The notes under the pieces are model-generated. The model made no database searches, had not been told where the DNA came from, and saw only the letters and a program-made list of their open reading frames with translations. A DNA stretch of 64,000 bases from Octopus sinensis. Its lineage: Eukaryota. The DNA lies in the NCBI RefSeq assembly GCF_006345805.1, contig NC_043012.1, forward strand, positions 25,730,001-25,794,000. Reading direction: 5' to 3'. Each line of letters begins with the position of its first letter. Positions within the stretch are counted from its first letter, which is position 1. Below, piece by piece: positions 30,484-45,611 of the stretch. The position numbers and the translations under genes were made by a program.

Positions 30484-31023
30484 GCGTAGGATTGTGTGTC
30501 TGTAATCCACATGAGAATATTAGGGCGTATTGGGTTGTAATTTTGGTTCAATATATTTATATATATTATATAATATATATATATATATGTTATTCGTTTT
30601 TCCGTTCCATTATTCTTAATTTAAGATTCTGACTTCATGTTGTTTATTCTTAAATTTTTAATATTTACGATAGCAATAATTAACACCCGATTTGGCGGGT
30701 GAGGCAGTCGACGTGTGAAGGAATATAAAGACCAGGTTTTCTATTGAATGGTGTTGCTGCCATTTTGAGTTGTTTCCTTCTTGCACCCATTTTTAACGTG
30801 TCGGTAAAACTGCCATTATACGACGTGATTTATTTCTTCTTCCGCTAGAGTAATCCATTAAAAACAAAAGCATATGTATACAAATAAATCCATATATACA
30901 TGTACATATGCGTATACATACACACATATATATATATAACGGGCATGTGTCTCTACATATACATATGCATATATATATATATATAGTGCGGATTATAAGA
31001 TTAAGACTAAGATGATGACGATG

Positions 31024-31099
<76 letters not shown>

Positions 31100-31325
31100 G
31101 GATAATTATGATAATGATATTAAAGATAATACATATAAAGAACAATAACAGTATTAGGAAAAATGATTAAAATGATAAATATTAAAATAGTTAAGCAGGA
31201 TCTCGTGTCGAAACAAAGCTAAGAACATATATCATAACTGTAATAAACCATCTGATATTCACATTGAAAATTCTGTTTAAATATAACATTTAAAAATGAA
31301 AAATAACAACAACAACAACAACAAC

Positions 31326-31356
<31 letters not shown>

Positions 31357-31423
31357 TGAGTCGTAGTAGCAATAACGATGATAATTATAAAAATAATCAT
31401 ATTAATAAGAGTTATGAGTGATG

Positions 31424-31491
<68 letters not shown>

Positions 31492-31617
31492 TATAATAAA
31501 GAGATTTGACACGAAAAGATTTCATTTTTCAACTTTGATTTAATGGTTTATTTTTACACTTTTGATTAAATATATATAATATATATACATATATATATAC
31601 GTATATATACATATATG

Positions 31618-31698
<81 letters not shown>

Positions 31699-32661
31699 TA
31701 CATATATATATATATATCATAGGTCTAGTGTTCCTCAGGATTTTATTTTTTCTTATTTTAGTTGATTCTATATATTTTTAATTTCATCACTTTTATCCAA
31801 AATAGAAAGAAATCATTGAAAATATTATTGGTTCAAAAGTTCGAAGATGAAAAAGGAATTATTAGCTTTTAATCATTCAGTTGTGAATATAATTAGCAAG
31901 CGGCAAAATAATGTCCTTTACGTTTGTCTTTTTCATCAAGATTTAGATATTTTTTTACGTTATGACATTTTCTTAAATTTCTTTTCTTTATGTCGTTCTC
32001 TTATATGTATCCACATATGTACAAAGACACACACATATATAAATATATACATATATATATTTCTACATACATATGCATATGTACATACGCACACATATGT
32101 GTATATATATAAATATACATATATACACATATACATATATACACATGTATAATATAAATATTACATATATACATATACTAATATATATATATATATACAC
32201 CTATATACATACATATATATATATATATATATACAATATATATATACATATATACATATATATATGCACATATATATACATGTATATATACACAAATAAT
32301 ACAGATATATATATATATATCATATATGATATATATATATATATATATATATGTATTGTTCATCTTGTGTATAAGAAGAGAAACACGCAAACGAACAATA
32401 TTCTAAAATAAAATTTTGTCGCTTATTAGCTGTTTATATGATTCATACTTAGATAATCATATATATTAGAACACACACGTATATTTACATATATATATAT
32501 GTACAAAAATATATATATACATATATCTGTTTGTTGTATCTGTGTGCGTGCGTGTATACAAAGATATGTATGCAAACATCAATGTTGATGTTAGTATGTG
32601 TGTAACCCGATACAGTAGGCTTCATATTTCTTCATGAATAATATCAGAGTAATTTGTCAGT

Positions 32662-32825
32662 GTGTCAGCTCGCTTCGCAGCGCTACTGGTAACATGTAAC
32701 CCAGTACCATGTGTTGCATGCTCGGTCTGTCGGTGACTATATCGGCAACCCCACCAACCTCTCCCGTGGGACTCAAATCAAGCACCGACGAAGGGCGGAG
32801 GACCTCATAAAAGTCCATCCAAAAA
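32662..32825 (+). mobile_element. Partial copy of the 52367-52830 repeat
   Basis: Shares the 5' ~100 bp and AAGGGCGGAGGA. Confidence 0.6.
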
Positions 32826-33437
32826 TGTTTCTATATATCTATAATATACTATTCTTACACGATGACCTGTGAAATCATTCAAGTGTGGAGATAAAAATTA
32901 AAAAAAACCTACCATCCGGCCAGCCGCTGCTGCTAAGATGCCAGCATAAGTTAGCCTTTCATTGCCTGTTGGAAACCAAAAGTATCGTCCAGAAACAATG
33001 ACACTAACCAATCGCAAAAGCTTGTCTCACCTATCTTTGCATGTTGGAAAGAGTTCATATTTAAAATGGTAAACTCCGATGAAAACTGTCCAGTATAAGG
33101 AGAAAGCTTACCCTGTAGTGCCAAGGCCTTGCGATAAATTACTGTATAGAATTTACCAAGTATGTACTTTTCCTCGTAGATCAGCTGTTCCTTTTAGGAT
33201 GGAGATCGCTTACCCGCTATGTGCGACGGGGTTCAAATTCGGGTATATTCTCATGAATGCAATGTCATGGGGAATGAATCAACTCATGCGTATCCAAATA
33301 TCCGCACCCATTAGCACAGTCACACACGCGCGCACATCATACACATACATGCAAGCGGTCACACAAGCACACAATCACATACACTAGTATATCCACGGAC
33401 GTCCTCACAGCCATTGAAACACATAATATATGTGTCT

Positions 33438-33617
33438 AAGGCGGCGAGCTGGCAGAAACGTTTGCACGCCGGGCGAAATGCGTTGCCGTATTTCGTCTGC
33501 CGTTATGTTCCCAGTTCAAATTCCGCCGAGGTCGACTTTGCCTTTCATCCTTCCGGGGTCGATAAATTAAGTACCAGTTACGCACTGGGGTCGAGGTAAT
33601 CGACTTAATCCCTTTGT
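33438..33617 (+). mobile_element. SINE family A, truncated at the TIR element
   Basis: AAGGCGGCGAGCTGGCAGAAACG...CAGTTCAAATTCCGCCGAGGTCGAC...; ends at CCTTTGTC|TA. Confidence 0.8.
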
Positions 33618-34664
33618 CTATATATGCTTCATAGATAACAAACTAGGATGGAGTAATTAACCAAACGTGGGGTGAAATATACCTTTACTCAATTCCCTAA
33701 TTTTGAATTTTTATTCGCAAATCAGGATTGGTGTATACAAACAGATCCATGTATATACAGGATTTAAAGTATATATTTAAATGTATATCTGTCTTTATAC
33801 CTATCTCTCAATCTGTATATGATAATAATAATGATGATGATGATTATGATAATTAATGAATAAATAACCAGAAGATGGATATGGTATTAGTCTTTATTTT
33901 GTACGAATATCGTTTCAACCCTCGTACAGCTCTGAGTACTTCATCCTCAGTATATAGTGATTAATATTCAGAGCCATCCTCAGCTTTCTCATGTAGAGCC
34001 CATCCACCATCTGGGTGAGTTTCTTGGTCAGCGTCGAAGTCTCAGACCCGTACAACAGCACTGACTCCACGGAAGCAACGAAGAGAGGGATCATCAGGTC
34101 TTTACCAAGGTCAGGTAAAGGCTTTTCCTCTCAACTATATCACTCCCTGTGTTCGCAATCTTTGGTCCTAGATACAGGCAGTCCTTAACAATCTCTTGTG
34201 GCTTCCCGCTTACATTCATAAACTTCTGTGGTTTCTTATACCTGTACTGATTATATATATGTGGGTGGGGGGGGGGTCAGTTGAGGTGTGTCCTGTTAAG
34301 AACGTATTAGAGTTAAAATAGAGCTCGTTCACCCTTAGAATTCCCAAATAGCCGGTAGTATTATTATGGTATGTTACCAATTGTAGTCTTAGATATTCCT
34401 CGTGTAGCATGGAAATCTAGATTTACTTACGGAGACAGCAATTGACATATATATCTTCTTATACAGGTAAATCGTTACGTAATTATCTAAAATTTACATT
34501 TAACCTTAAATCCTGTATATACATGGATCTGTTTGTATACACCAATCCTGATTTGGTGTATATGCGAATAGAAATTCAAAATTAGGGAATTGAGTATAGG
34601 TATCTTTCACCCCACGTTTGGTTAATTACTACTTCCTAGTTTGTTATCTATGAAGCATATATAG
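33618..34664. mobile_element. Element with ~150-bp terminal inverted repeats (MITE/foldback) containing the RTE fragment
   Basis: 33618-33770 is the reverse complement of 34503-34664 (CTATATATGCTTCATAGATAAC...GGATTTAA) with few differences. The termini are TA-rich. Confidence 0.75.
33963..34109 (-). mobile_element. RTE-like LINE ORF2 fragment (post-RT region)
   Basis: LGKDLMIPLFVASVESVLLYGSETSTLTKKLTQMVDGLYMRKLRMALNI matches the VESxLLYGSETWTLT motif of RTE-type elements. Confidence 0.75.
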
Positions 34665-34721
34665 CCTGGATTTTACTCCATTTTTAAAAATTCGTTATAT
34701 ATATATATATCTCTCTCTCTC

Positions 34722-34762
<41 letters not shown>

Positions 34763-35370
34763 CAGAGAGAGAGAGAGAATAGCGCAAAAATATAAAGAAA
34801 CTGTCATTAATCTCTAAATAACAGCATCACCAGGGCAACCAGTCTCCGTTTCCACCGAAACTAGTACTACTACCCTCGCCATCTCCACCCCTTTTCCCCC
34901 ACCCTTAACAATAACAAAACCATTACTAACATTCCGTACGCGACCAACACTCCCACTTGTCCAACGACAACCGCCTCCCTCATAGATACCATACCACATT
35001 ACCACCACCACCACTACCACCATGAAAGCGATGAAATAGTATAAATAAAACAGAAAATAGCGGACACGGTCACATCTAAAATATAAAGAAAGGAATAATC
35101 TTTAGCTTTGAAATTTTGAGATGGATTTGATAAAAGGGGATAGTGATGTGGTGTTGCGTGAATGTTTAATATGTTGGGTAAATATGAGAAAGAATAATAT
35201 ACACGTATATATGTATGCGCGCGTGTGAGCTTGTATAGATATATGTATATATATATATATATATATATACGTGTGTATCGATATATATATGTATATATAT
35301 ATATACATATATAAACATATCTATATACATTATATATATATATATATATAAACCTACATATATATTTATG

Positions 35371-35410
<40 letters not shown>

Positions 35411-36049
35411 ATGTGTGTGTGTGCGCGGATGTATGTATATATTCAAAATGATAAAGTACATTTTCCACTAACTCACATATATCTTTATATAAATAAAAGG
35501 CATAACTTCTATGTAAAAAAAAAAGTCATTCCTGATGATTCGGTGAAACGAGATGAAAGCGGTAAATAAATAATTATCCAAATTTGTGAATACCTCCTTT
35601 TACTTAATATATTAAATCTGTTCACTACTTCAACCAAGCTATGTACACACATACACACACACACACATACAAACACACACACGCACATATACATATATGT
35701 GTGTGTGTGTGTGTGTGTGTTTGTGTGTGTATCCGGTGCAGAGGATAAAAACAGCCACAATGGCGAGTCCTGGAATCGTCGAAACATGTATAATAACAAA
35801 TAATATGGACTATATTTTCTGTTTGTCATACATAAATCTTACGTAAACTCATACGTAAACTCCGAGTAGCAATCATCGTAATTTACTGGAAGTAGAATAC
35901 ACAATGATGGTACACTACATGGAGCCCTCAATTTCACCGACACACGAACTTTTAACTGTACTTCAAGGAAATACGTTTGTAGGTGCGTGTGCGCATGTGT
36001 ATGAATAATGCATATATATGTGAACGATCACGTGTCTACAGCAGAGTGA

Positions 36050-36300
36050 TATGGCGAAAAATGTCTTTTGGAATTTGCTTTCCTTCCATCGTACCCTGAG
36101 TTCAAAATCCCGTTCGTTGTTTGTCTTTATTTCCCTTCTAAATCTATAAATTCTGTACCGATTTGTGTTTTACATTTATTTAAACGTGGACAAAATCGAC
36201 TATACATTTCAAAATATTTACACGGGTTTGACCCACTCATATTCGCGATTGTGTTTTGCCCTTATTACCCTGTGATCGATAAAATAAGTATCAATTTTTA
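36050..36300 (+). mobile_element. Degenerate SINE family A
   Basis: GAGTTCAAAATCCCG.. and a later GTGATCGATAAAATAAGTATC core. Confidence 0.45.
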
Positions 36301-37368
36301 GCTTAGATTTATTTAAGCGCAGATAAATTCGATTATACCTTTTGAAGAATTGATACAGAGTAGATCAACTCGAATGAGTGAAAGAATCAAAAAGGCAGAA
36401 TATAAATCGGAGCAAATCACTCGCATGAATATCTAAAACAATTCCCGTTCTTGAATTTGAACCTGGCACTACACCATCACGGCACACAACAAAACTTACT
36501 GTCCATTTCGTTTTCAAGAGAAACTCAGCCTTTTAAACGCTTTACAAAACCTCTTCGTTTCGATTCTTTTTACATGTAACTCTTGTCTTTCTGAAGGTAT
36601 CCATTCATACATTTCCAATGATCATCATATATGATTGTTGTCTTTTATAAATATATCACGTAATTTCATTGTGCTTTTCCTGTCATTATCTTCCTCAATA
36701 TCAACTCCTCTGTATCATACACGATTCTCTTCGATTCACGAAGAGATTACATGATCTTCATTTAGCAATTTATTCTCGCTATTAAGTTCTATTAATTTTT
36801 ACCTCCATTCCGCTCCGTGACCAATACCAACACAAAACATTTGCATGCTCACTCTCCTGCATTTCTCCTCTTCTTTTCTCTCCTTGTTTCCTTCTCTCCA
36901 ATCACCCAACCACAGACAGGAACCACTCCGCGCCATCTTCTCAATCATCATCTCCCCGATATGAATATTGCGATCTTTTGTTTTAGTGTACCGTGTTTTG
37001 TGTAAGCCTCGGCTTGCTTTCATTCGATCCAACGATTACATGACTTAACACGTTGCCACTTATACTGGTTGTGAAGATAATTGAAGACACCACGGCGAGT
37101 GTTAGACACGTACGTACGTGCAATCTTTCTCTCTTTTTCTCTTGCTCTTTCTCGTACACACTCACAAACAGACACACACATACGAATACACACGCACAAA
37201 TATATACACAAAATGGAAGTAGCATGTAACAAGTACTTCCCTTCTGACGCTTCTATTATCTTTGCCCCCTTTCTCCCTCAGATTCTCTGTATTTTCTGTG
37301 TTTTCATTTCCCTGCCTCCCTCTTTCTCTTCCTCGCCATCTTTCTTGATCATCTATATATTCTGTTAT

Positions 37369-37800
37369 TCTTTTGTTTCAGTCATTTGACTGCGGCCATG
37401 CTGGAGCACCGCCTGTAGTCGAACAAATCGAGAACAATACTTATTCTTTCTAAGCTTAGTACTTATTCTATCGGTCTATTTTGCCGAACCGCACCGCTAA
37501 GTTACGGTGACGTGAACACACCGACATCAGTTGTCAAGCGATGTTGGGGACACACCATCGTCGTATATATATATATATATATATGTACGTGTGTATTCAT
37601 ATAGATATATGTGTATTTATATAATTGTCTGTATTTCTCCTCCCGCCATCGCTTGACAACCGATGTTGGTGTGTTTAAGTCCCCCTAATTTAGTGGTTCG
37701 GCAAAAGAGCCCGATAGAATAAGCACTAGACTTACAAAGACTAAAGGTGGTGCTCCAGCATGGCCGCAGTCAAATGATTGAAACTAGAAAAAGAGTAAAA
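37369..37800. mobile_element. Inverted pair of SINE family B 3' modules
   Basis: Minus copy 37369-37560 and plus copy 37636-37800, separated by ~80 bp of (TA)-rich spacer. Confidence 0.75.
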
Positions 37801-38254
37801 TATTATATATTTAAGATTTTTGGGTATTGCTAGTATCTAGAATCTTTGGCATCCTGGCATTCGTCGTTTGCGACGACAAGTTATTCAGTTGATTCAATCG
37901 TCGGAACAGCCTATCTCTTTCTAAACATAAATGGCTGCAGATATTTAAACTAAACGACCACGAACACATCAACCACAATCCCCGCTAACATCACCATTAG
38001 TTCTACGACTAATAAATAACCAAAAACTAGATGCAAATTCCGACAGTTGCATTAATTTTTGTTATCATTTTATGAGCCAGAATTATATATATCAACGTGA
38101 GTTGTATAGCCTAAGATTAGGATCCTCTTTAAAGAGACCAAGTAGAATTCTTGAGACATGTAAAAGGATTAACTGAACTGAAAGATGCGCTCTGCAGAAG
38201 GCTGCGTCTCTGAATATTAGTGTATTTACATTTTTATTCATACACAGAGTAAAG

Positions 38255-38552
38255 AACCCCCTTTAGCCATGAATCACCATGAGATTGCACCTAGAAAGTT
38301 CCCCTCCCCCGAGGCACAACTCAGGGTAAGGTTGTTTATGGAAGACCAATAGTCACCCATACATACCAGCCTCCCATGTTATCTAAGGCCGATACAACCT
38401 GGCCCCAGTGACGTCGCTACTTCTACAGCTGAGTGAACTGGGGCTACGTGAAATAAAGTGTCTTGCTCAAGAGCCCAACAGGACCTGATCCGGTAATCGA
38501 ACTCACTACGTCATGATTGTGAGCCCGCGACTAACCAGTGAACCATGCGCCA
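38255..38552 (-). mobile_element. SINE family C
   Basis: GATTGCACCTAGAAAGTTCCCC..GTTTATGGAAGACC..AACCATGCGCC. Confidence 0.75.
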
Positions 38553-39914
38553 CAAACACGACAGTGTAAATACCTAATCTTCTTGTTATCCGAGCCTTAG
38601 GAGACACCGAACGAAATTATCTTCACTCAACCCATATATATTAATCAATGAGTGTAAGAAGTGTCCTCAATAAATCGATCTTTTAAAATACAATTTTGTT
38701 CTAAAAAATATGTTATTTTCTTAATTTTTTCTCTTACCATTATTTTGTGATTATTTTTTTCGGTCACATTTCTTTTTGAATATTTTTATTAAATGCTTAT
38801 AAATTTTCAGTTGAAATTTGGTTTCCGCAAGGCTTGACCGTGAGGATAAATGGGACCGCGAATTGCGATTTATATCTTGATTGAAGATCTATGGTGGGAA
38901 TTTGAGAAGTTTTGAATAGTATGAGGTGAGATTAAAACAAAACATAAAAGAAATTAATAATAAAACACTTAAAAAATAAAAGTTAAAAACCTTATCTGAT
39001 GGTTTTCTAACGAACCGGAAGTACTAACGTCAAATCTTCCGCAAAACAACCAAACATTGATAAAACAAACAAAAAGAAACGAAATGGCGTCATCTTGCAA
39101 AATTAAATGGTTATTGAGCTGTAAACTAAAACACAGCGTTTATTCATATCATACTCGGCTCCTTTAGCCGTTTTATCGTCCAATAAGCCAACGAGTGAGC
39201 CTACATTTAGAGCAATGAGATACTAGAAAACAACATTATCATATCGGAACATTATGAAAACAAAATGAAAAACTCGAAAACTATCAAAATATGGCATTTA
39301 AAGTGGTGATTTTATAAACGTGTAAGTGTGAGCATAGTTCTCATGGTTACTGCTGCACCCTGAACAATCTCCAAAACACGGAACATTGCCATGAGACGCT
39401 GCAAATACTAGACGCCGTAATGGCGGTCGTTCGCAAACGGTACAAATAGTGGCAAGGACTTGAGACTTAATATAACAGAGAAGTGCATCAAAATTGGTGA
39501 GATTCGCTGTAATAAACGTAGAAAGAAAACACAGAACAATAACAACGATACCATTATTACTATTTTTCTTTTCAGATTTTGGCACAATTCTCAAACTTTT
39601 AGGGGGACTGAGAAACGATAGTCCATTACATATACATAGTGCTCAACTATAACTTAAAGTAGCAAACCCTAAACGGAAATGTCGGCCCCAGCTGCAGTTG
39701 GGCTCAGAAAGTAAAGAAATGCCGATAAGCATAGTGTTCTAGTGCAATATTTCTCGAAAAGGTAGTCAGGACCTAGAATGTCTTTGATCACAGAATGGCG
39801 CTTTCCTGTTACATTCCGCTTCTGACTGTGGTGTATATCGCGCCGTCATTCAAGGATCAGCCACTAAATATATTTTCAGTTCTCTGTGCAATAATGTGTG
39901 TGCGTGTGTGTACG

Positions 39915-40152
39915 TACGATGGGTTGCTTAAAGTTCCTGGCTTTCAATAAAATGAAATACAAGACGATCACTTGATTATGATTTCATTCATATATTCAAA
40001 TATTTCTCTCTCGGATTCACAAGTTATTGGCTGTAGTCCTTCAGTTTTTGTAGGCTTGTATGCGCTGTAAATGAACTCGGAAGGTTGAGCCTCCAGCCAG
40101 GCCTTTTGCAACATCCTTAAAACCAAGGACAGTTCAGCCGCCCCCTCGCATA
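39915..40152. mobile_element. Decayed Tc1/mariner-type MITE
   Basis: Left end TACGATGGGTTGCTTAAAGTTCCTGGC; right end reverse complement TGCGAGGGGGCGGCTGAACTGTCCTTGG. A related single TIR (TACGAGGGGAAGCTGAAAATTTC) lies at 56656. Confidence 0.5.
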
Positions 40153-40168
40153 TATGTATATATATATA

Positions 40169-40210
<42 letters not shown>

Positions 40211-40217
40211 GTGTGCG

Positions 40218-40248
<31 letters not shown>

Positions 40249-40363
40249 TTGTGTGTGTGAATGTGTGTTTGTGTGTGCGTGTAATTATGTTTGATAATAT
40301 ATGCACATAAGTATATATATATACATACATATAGTCAAAGAGAAAGTGAGTGGGCGAGGGAGG

Positions 40364-40395
<32 letters not shown>

Positions 40396-41057
40396 CAGAG
40401 ACAAAATAGGTGACAGAAAAGCGAAAGTGCGAAAGAGCTTAATGACATTAAGAGTCTTTCGATTCTTTTCATCACAACGCCAAAAAAAAGCCGGAAAAAA
40501 GAGTGCATCTCATCTACTCGTTCCGAAATGTCGACCCCGTCGAGATTTGAACCACGATCACTCATAATTTGAACAAATATCGCTGCGAGGCATAATGCCG
40601 AATATATCGAATTCACCACCTTAATTTGGTAGAATATTTGAACGTTTACACCTCAATGCCAACAGAAGAAATTCCATTAACCAAACGAAATGCCCATCAA
40701 GATCTTTCACCATAAAATTAACGTGCTAAAAGTAATATAATGTGAAACTAAGTGGTTCTCAGAGCTAAGTTTGGGAGTCTTCAGAGAACTTGGGTTAAAC
40801 AAGTCCAGCACCGATGTTGCCAAAATAAAGATTCTTCGTAACCTCTTTAACATTATAAATACAGAGAGCGGACAACTGACAAATATGATACGTGTATGTC
40901 TTCGGAGACCTTTAGCCTCTGTTTTGGAACATACACATACATACATACATAAGCATGTAGATATATGAATCCATATACACCCACACACACACACGACCAC
41001 ACATCTATATACATGTATATCAATATATGTATGTATGTATGTATGTATCTATGTATG

Positions 41058-41101
<44 letters not shown>

Positions 41102-41189
41102 TCTATTTTAAATGGTAATTTCAGAGCTTATATAACATCCGGCAGACGGGTTATTTCAGATAACAACAATAACGACAACGACACGATAC

Positions 41190-41203
41190 TACTACCACTA
41201 CTC

Positions 41204-41235
<32 letters not shown>

Positions 41236-41252
41236 GTAGTGGTTGTAGTAGA

Positions 41253-41295
<43 letters not shown>

Positions 41296-41368
41296 GGTAG
41301 TAGTAGTATAGTAGTAGTAGTAGTAGTAGTAGTAGTAGCAACAGCAGCAGCAGCAGCAGCAGTAGTAT

Positions 41369-41440
<72 letters not shown>

Positions 41441-41590
41441 CAACAGCAGCAGCAGCAGCAGCTGTAGTATTAGTAGTAGTAGTAGTAGTAGTAGCAGTAG
41501 TAGCAGTAGCAGCAGCAGCAGCAGCGGCAACAGCATTATCGGCATCAAAAAGCAGAACAACCACAATAATAATAATAATAATAATAGTGT
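41190..41590. repeat. (GTA)n/(GCA)n block with a ~100-bp higher-order duplication
   Basis: GTAGCAACAGCAGCAGCAGCAGCAG at ~41335 and ~41437. Confidence 0.85.
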
Positions 41591-44212
41591 TGCAGGGAGT
41601 GAACATATCGCCTGGTTGAATGATAGATTACTTGACCTGCTCATTACTATAGGAATTGTCAGGACGCCGATTGTGGCATGCTTTGAATAATACTCTTACT
41701 GTTTGAATCAATCATCTTTGTAATCGCAGACTAAAAAGTAGGAACGGAAAGCTAACGAAAAACGAAAGGATAAGAAAAATCACCAGTTCCGTAATATTAG
41801 ATAATATCTGTTGTTTTACTTGAATGAATAGATGGTCGCCTTCTTATGGTGGACGTAATGGTAGTGTGTGTGTGTGTGGCGATTGTGGTGGACGAGGCGT
41901 GGTAGTAATCTTGATGGTGATAATAGTGGCAATGGTGATGGAGAGTGCTCATATTGATGGCAATTTTTCAGGTGGTCATAGATGGGTGTTGATGTTGTCC
42001 TTGTCATCCGCGTTTGTGGTGTTGTTTTTGGTGGTGGTGATAAAGTTCTTTGGCTATACTTTAGCCCGTCTTTGGTAGACCCAAGATCAAACACATTCGC
42101 AAACTTGATCACCCAAACTGTATGTTTACAACTGCACTTCCAAGATGGATATTGCTTGAGAACAACAGAAGACTCAACTGCTATATTTAACAGACCGTCC
42201 GACCATTAAAAGGTTTCTTATTCGCGCCTTGTTCCATATAAAGTGTTATGTTGCTGCACTTGGTCTTGTTATTGTAGTTAAAGCTACCGCTACTGAAGCT
42301 GCTGTTATTCTTCTTATTCTTATCATTATTTTTAATATAATTATTGTTGTTGTTGTTGTTTAGCCCTCCAAGAAACCCGATTTAATGAGCTCTATGCTCA
42401 AATAACGGCAATCCCAGCCATATAATTTTTTTTTAATCATTTCCATTTTACATTTCTGGCAGAAAGTGATATATTGTTTGAATCGAGGAATATTTAGCTA
42501 CTTTTCCTATTAGCCCTAGTGACTGCCTGGAAACTACTTTGCTAATTTTTTTCTATATGTGGCATTTGCCAATGATCAATTGTAGAATTATGATCGATGA
42601 TAGTTTGCTTTTACCAAACTCTGCGACTATTCTTTGGACAAAATGTAATTAGTATTACGTTATCTAATATAGGACAATTCCGGCGCTATCTCACAAATTT
42701 TCCTCAGTTTAGGTAAAGAAAGAGGGTTCTGATATAAAGAAAATGTGAGAGATATCTGTATGTCACGAGTATACCCATACACGGATGTTAAATTGATATC
42801 TCAAAATGCAAACGAACGAGGATTTTACATGGTCACCCTACCTCTTAGATATAAGACACCCGTAACGCTTAAACCACCACTCAAAAAATAATGCACACAC
42901 ACTGCAGGAAAATATCTTATATACTCCACACAAAGAATGGAAATTCTGTACAATTCTGACATACTGAAAGGAAATTCCAAATAATGTATGTTTGGCAAAT
43001 CTGTGTGTTTCAACTTGCAACAACTTCGTTTAATCTTTGCTTTTTAATTTTAATGTTTGGCATTTAGTTCTTTCAAGACCATACCACATTTCCTCAGGCA
43101 TGATGAGTTCTGAGTCATGTTGAGCTATCGTTAGAAAACTAGGAAAAAATGCTCAAATTGCCAACAAACTCATTATGCTTCGATTAATATAGTAGAACCG
43201 CAAACTGACCAAAAGGATTCAACAACAAATGAAATTTCTTGTCAATCTTTGAATAATAAAATCCTTCACATGACCATTTTTATAAATTGAAGGACAACAG
43301 ATGTACACCAAAATTGCCAAAGCGGATTCCGAGCGACAAGAAACGAAATATAAATATGTTGGCACAGAACAAGCTGGAAGGAATATGAGTAATGGAATCT
43401 AATAAAAGCAGTCGACAAAACTGAAGGGGAAAAACAAGGTCAACATCTCAACATCAAACATGAATTCTTTGAAATGTTGTATAACACAGAAAGAAGAAAA
43501 TAAATTCAAAGGCAAAAAAAAAAATTAAATTAAATTGTTTAAGTTATAAATCTTTTGATATAGGTATATCCTGACTTTGAACGACAATCGAAAGACGAAA
43601 ATATTTGACACTTTAAATTACGAGAGGGTAAGAATTAAAGATAGATACAGAGAAAATGGATACATATGAAAAAATGTGGTCAGCAATAATGGAGGATTAA
43701 GAATAAAGGAGCAGTGACAGGAAATGTTAGTATAGAGCAATGGGAAATCAGTGTGTGGCTAGATTGATTGTTTAGCAGTAAAAAGGGATTTGTCGAGACA
43801 GTAATAGCGTTGCATCATAGCGCTGGTTGTTCAGTGCTGATCAAGTGTTCAGCAATACCTTTGGGATCTGAGATTTCGGATGTTTCCTATTGTCAATTAT
43901 AGGGTTAATATAAAAGCATCACTATAGGGTATGGAATCGGAAATGGCCTTCGTAAAAAAAGATATAAGTACGTCGGTAAAATAGCGCATTGACTGCTCCC
44001 CAAGCACATGGTTACGGGTTCAGTCCCAGTGCGTGACACGTTGGACTAATGTTGTCTACTATCAACTTCGCGGAGATCAAATGGATTTGCTAGAGATAAA
44101 CTGTTAGATGCCTGGCATATACACACACACGTATATATTTGTGTGCGTGTTTCTCCCACTTGAGGATCAGTGTGTTTGTGCGTGTGTGTGTGTGTTGTGC
44201 ATGTGTGTGTGT

Positions 44213-44271
<59 letters not shown>

Positions 44272-44433
44272 TGTGTAAACCGATGTAGTACCTATATGAA
44301 AATAAAAATAACCATTTCACCTCTCTGCAGACTGGGAAGCTAATGAAAAAATTCGATTTACGTTCGAAACATATAGGTTCCTTGTCAGAGGTTTCTGCAA
44401 CATTAGCCCAATAACAGAGAAGGCAGTACCCAT

Positions 44434-44533
44434 NNNNNNNNNNNNNNNNNNNNNNNNNNNNNNNNNNNNNNNNNNNNNNNNNNNNNNNNNNNNNNNNNNN
44501 NNNNNNNNNNNNNNNNNNNNNNNNNNNNNNNNN
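44434..44533. other. Assembly gap (100 N)
   Basis: Run of exactly 100 N, a placeholder size. True distances across it are unknown. Confidence 0.99.
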
Positions 44534-44699
44534 ATAGAATGGTATTAAGAAATAATATACAAAAAGTTATATGAATGCTGGCATTGCACTTCATGATTAC
44601 GACATACTGGGGATTGATAGCCAGGGATATATATATATATATATATATAATATATAATATATATTATATATATGTATATATATATATATATATAATATA

Positions 44700-44743
<44 letters not shown>

Positions 44744-44866
44744 TGGTATGTGTGATATATGCGTGTGTGTGTATGTCAGTGAGCATATAAGGAATATATG
44801 TGTATGACGTACATTATATACGCATGTGTGCATGGATTTACATAGGTATGAACGAATGTGTGTATG

Positions 44867-44906
<40 letters not shown>

Positions 44907-45299
44907 GTGTGTTTGAATTTTCCTGCATATGTTTGCATCATGAAAGAAATCGAAAAAGATAGAACTGCAGAAATTTACATACATATGCACATACATACAT
45001 ACATACATACATACAAACATATATACATACATGCATACGCAATTATGAGAGACATATAAAAGTAAATATACTCCCTCATACTTAGAAGAAGTTTACCAAA
45101 CATTGCAGAAATTGGAGAATTGAAATTAGAGATGTGGAGGGTGTGTAGGACTGTGTTGGATAGGGTGGGGTGTAATCTATATGAACAAGCTTGGTAGAGA
45201 GAACTGGTTGGGTACAGAGAAAGATGAAGAATGTGACATAAGAGGGACAGTTAAATGCAGAATGCATTCTGTTTTATTTGCATATAAACATAACCTTCA

Positions 45300-45326
45300 C
45301 GTACATTATATATACATATATAATAT

Positions 45327-45359
<33 letters not shown>

Positions 45360-45568
45360 GTATATATATATAATATATATAATATATATATGTATATATA
45401 TGTATATATATATAATATATATATATGTATATATATATATAATATATGTATATATTATATGCATACATATATACATATATGTATATTACATATATACATA
45501 TATATAATATACGATGTATACTATATATACATATATATATATATGTATATTTATATATACATATTATA

Positions 45569-45611
<43 letters not shown>

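Noticed and set aside
32912-32964. Possible 53-nt minus-strand exon (xNERLTYAGILAAAAGRM) with AG/GT ends
   Set aside because: Open only in phase 1, so it cannot follow the phase-0 exon 1 directly. No other support.
35525-35570. CTGATGA-TTCGGT-GAAAC hammerhead-like core
   Set aside because: No stem II pairing, stem III mismatched, and no stem I complement after the GUA.
42870-42970. TTTCCTTTCAG acceptor followed by YVRIVQNFHSLCG, a candidate exon 2
   Set aside because: No convincing donor, and no Gly-X-Y or Cys pattern matching the family.
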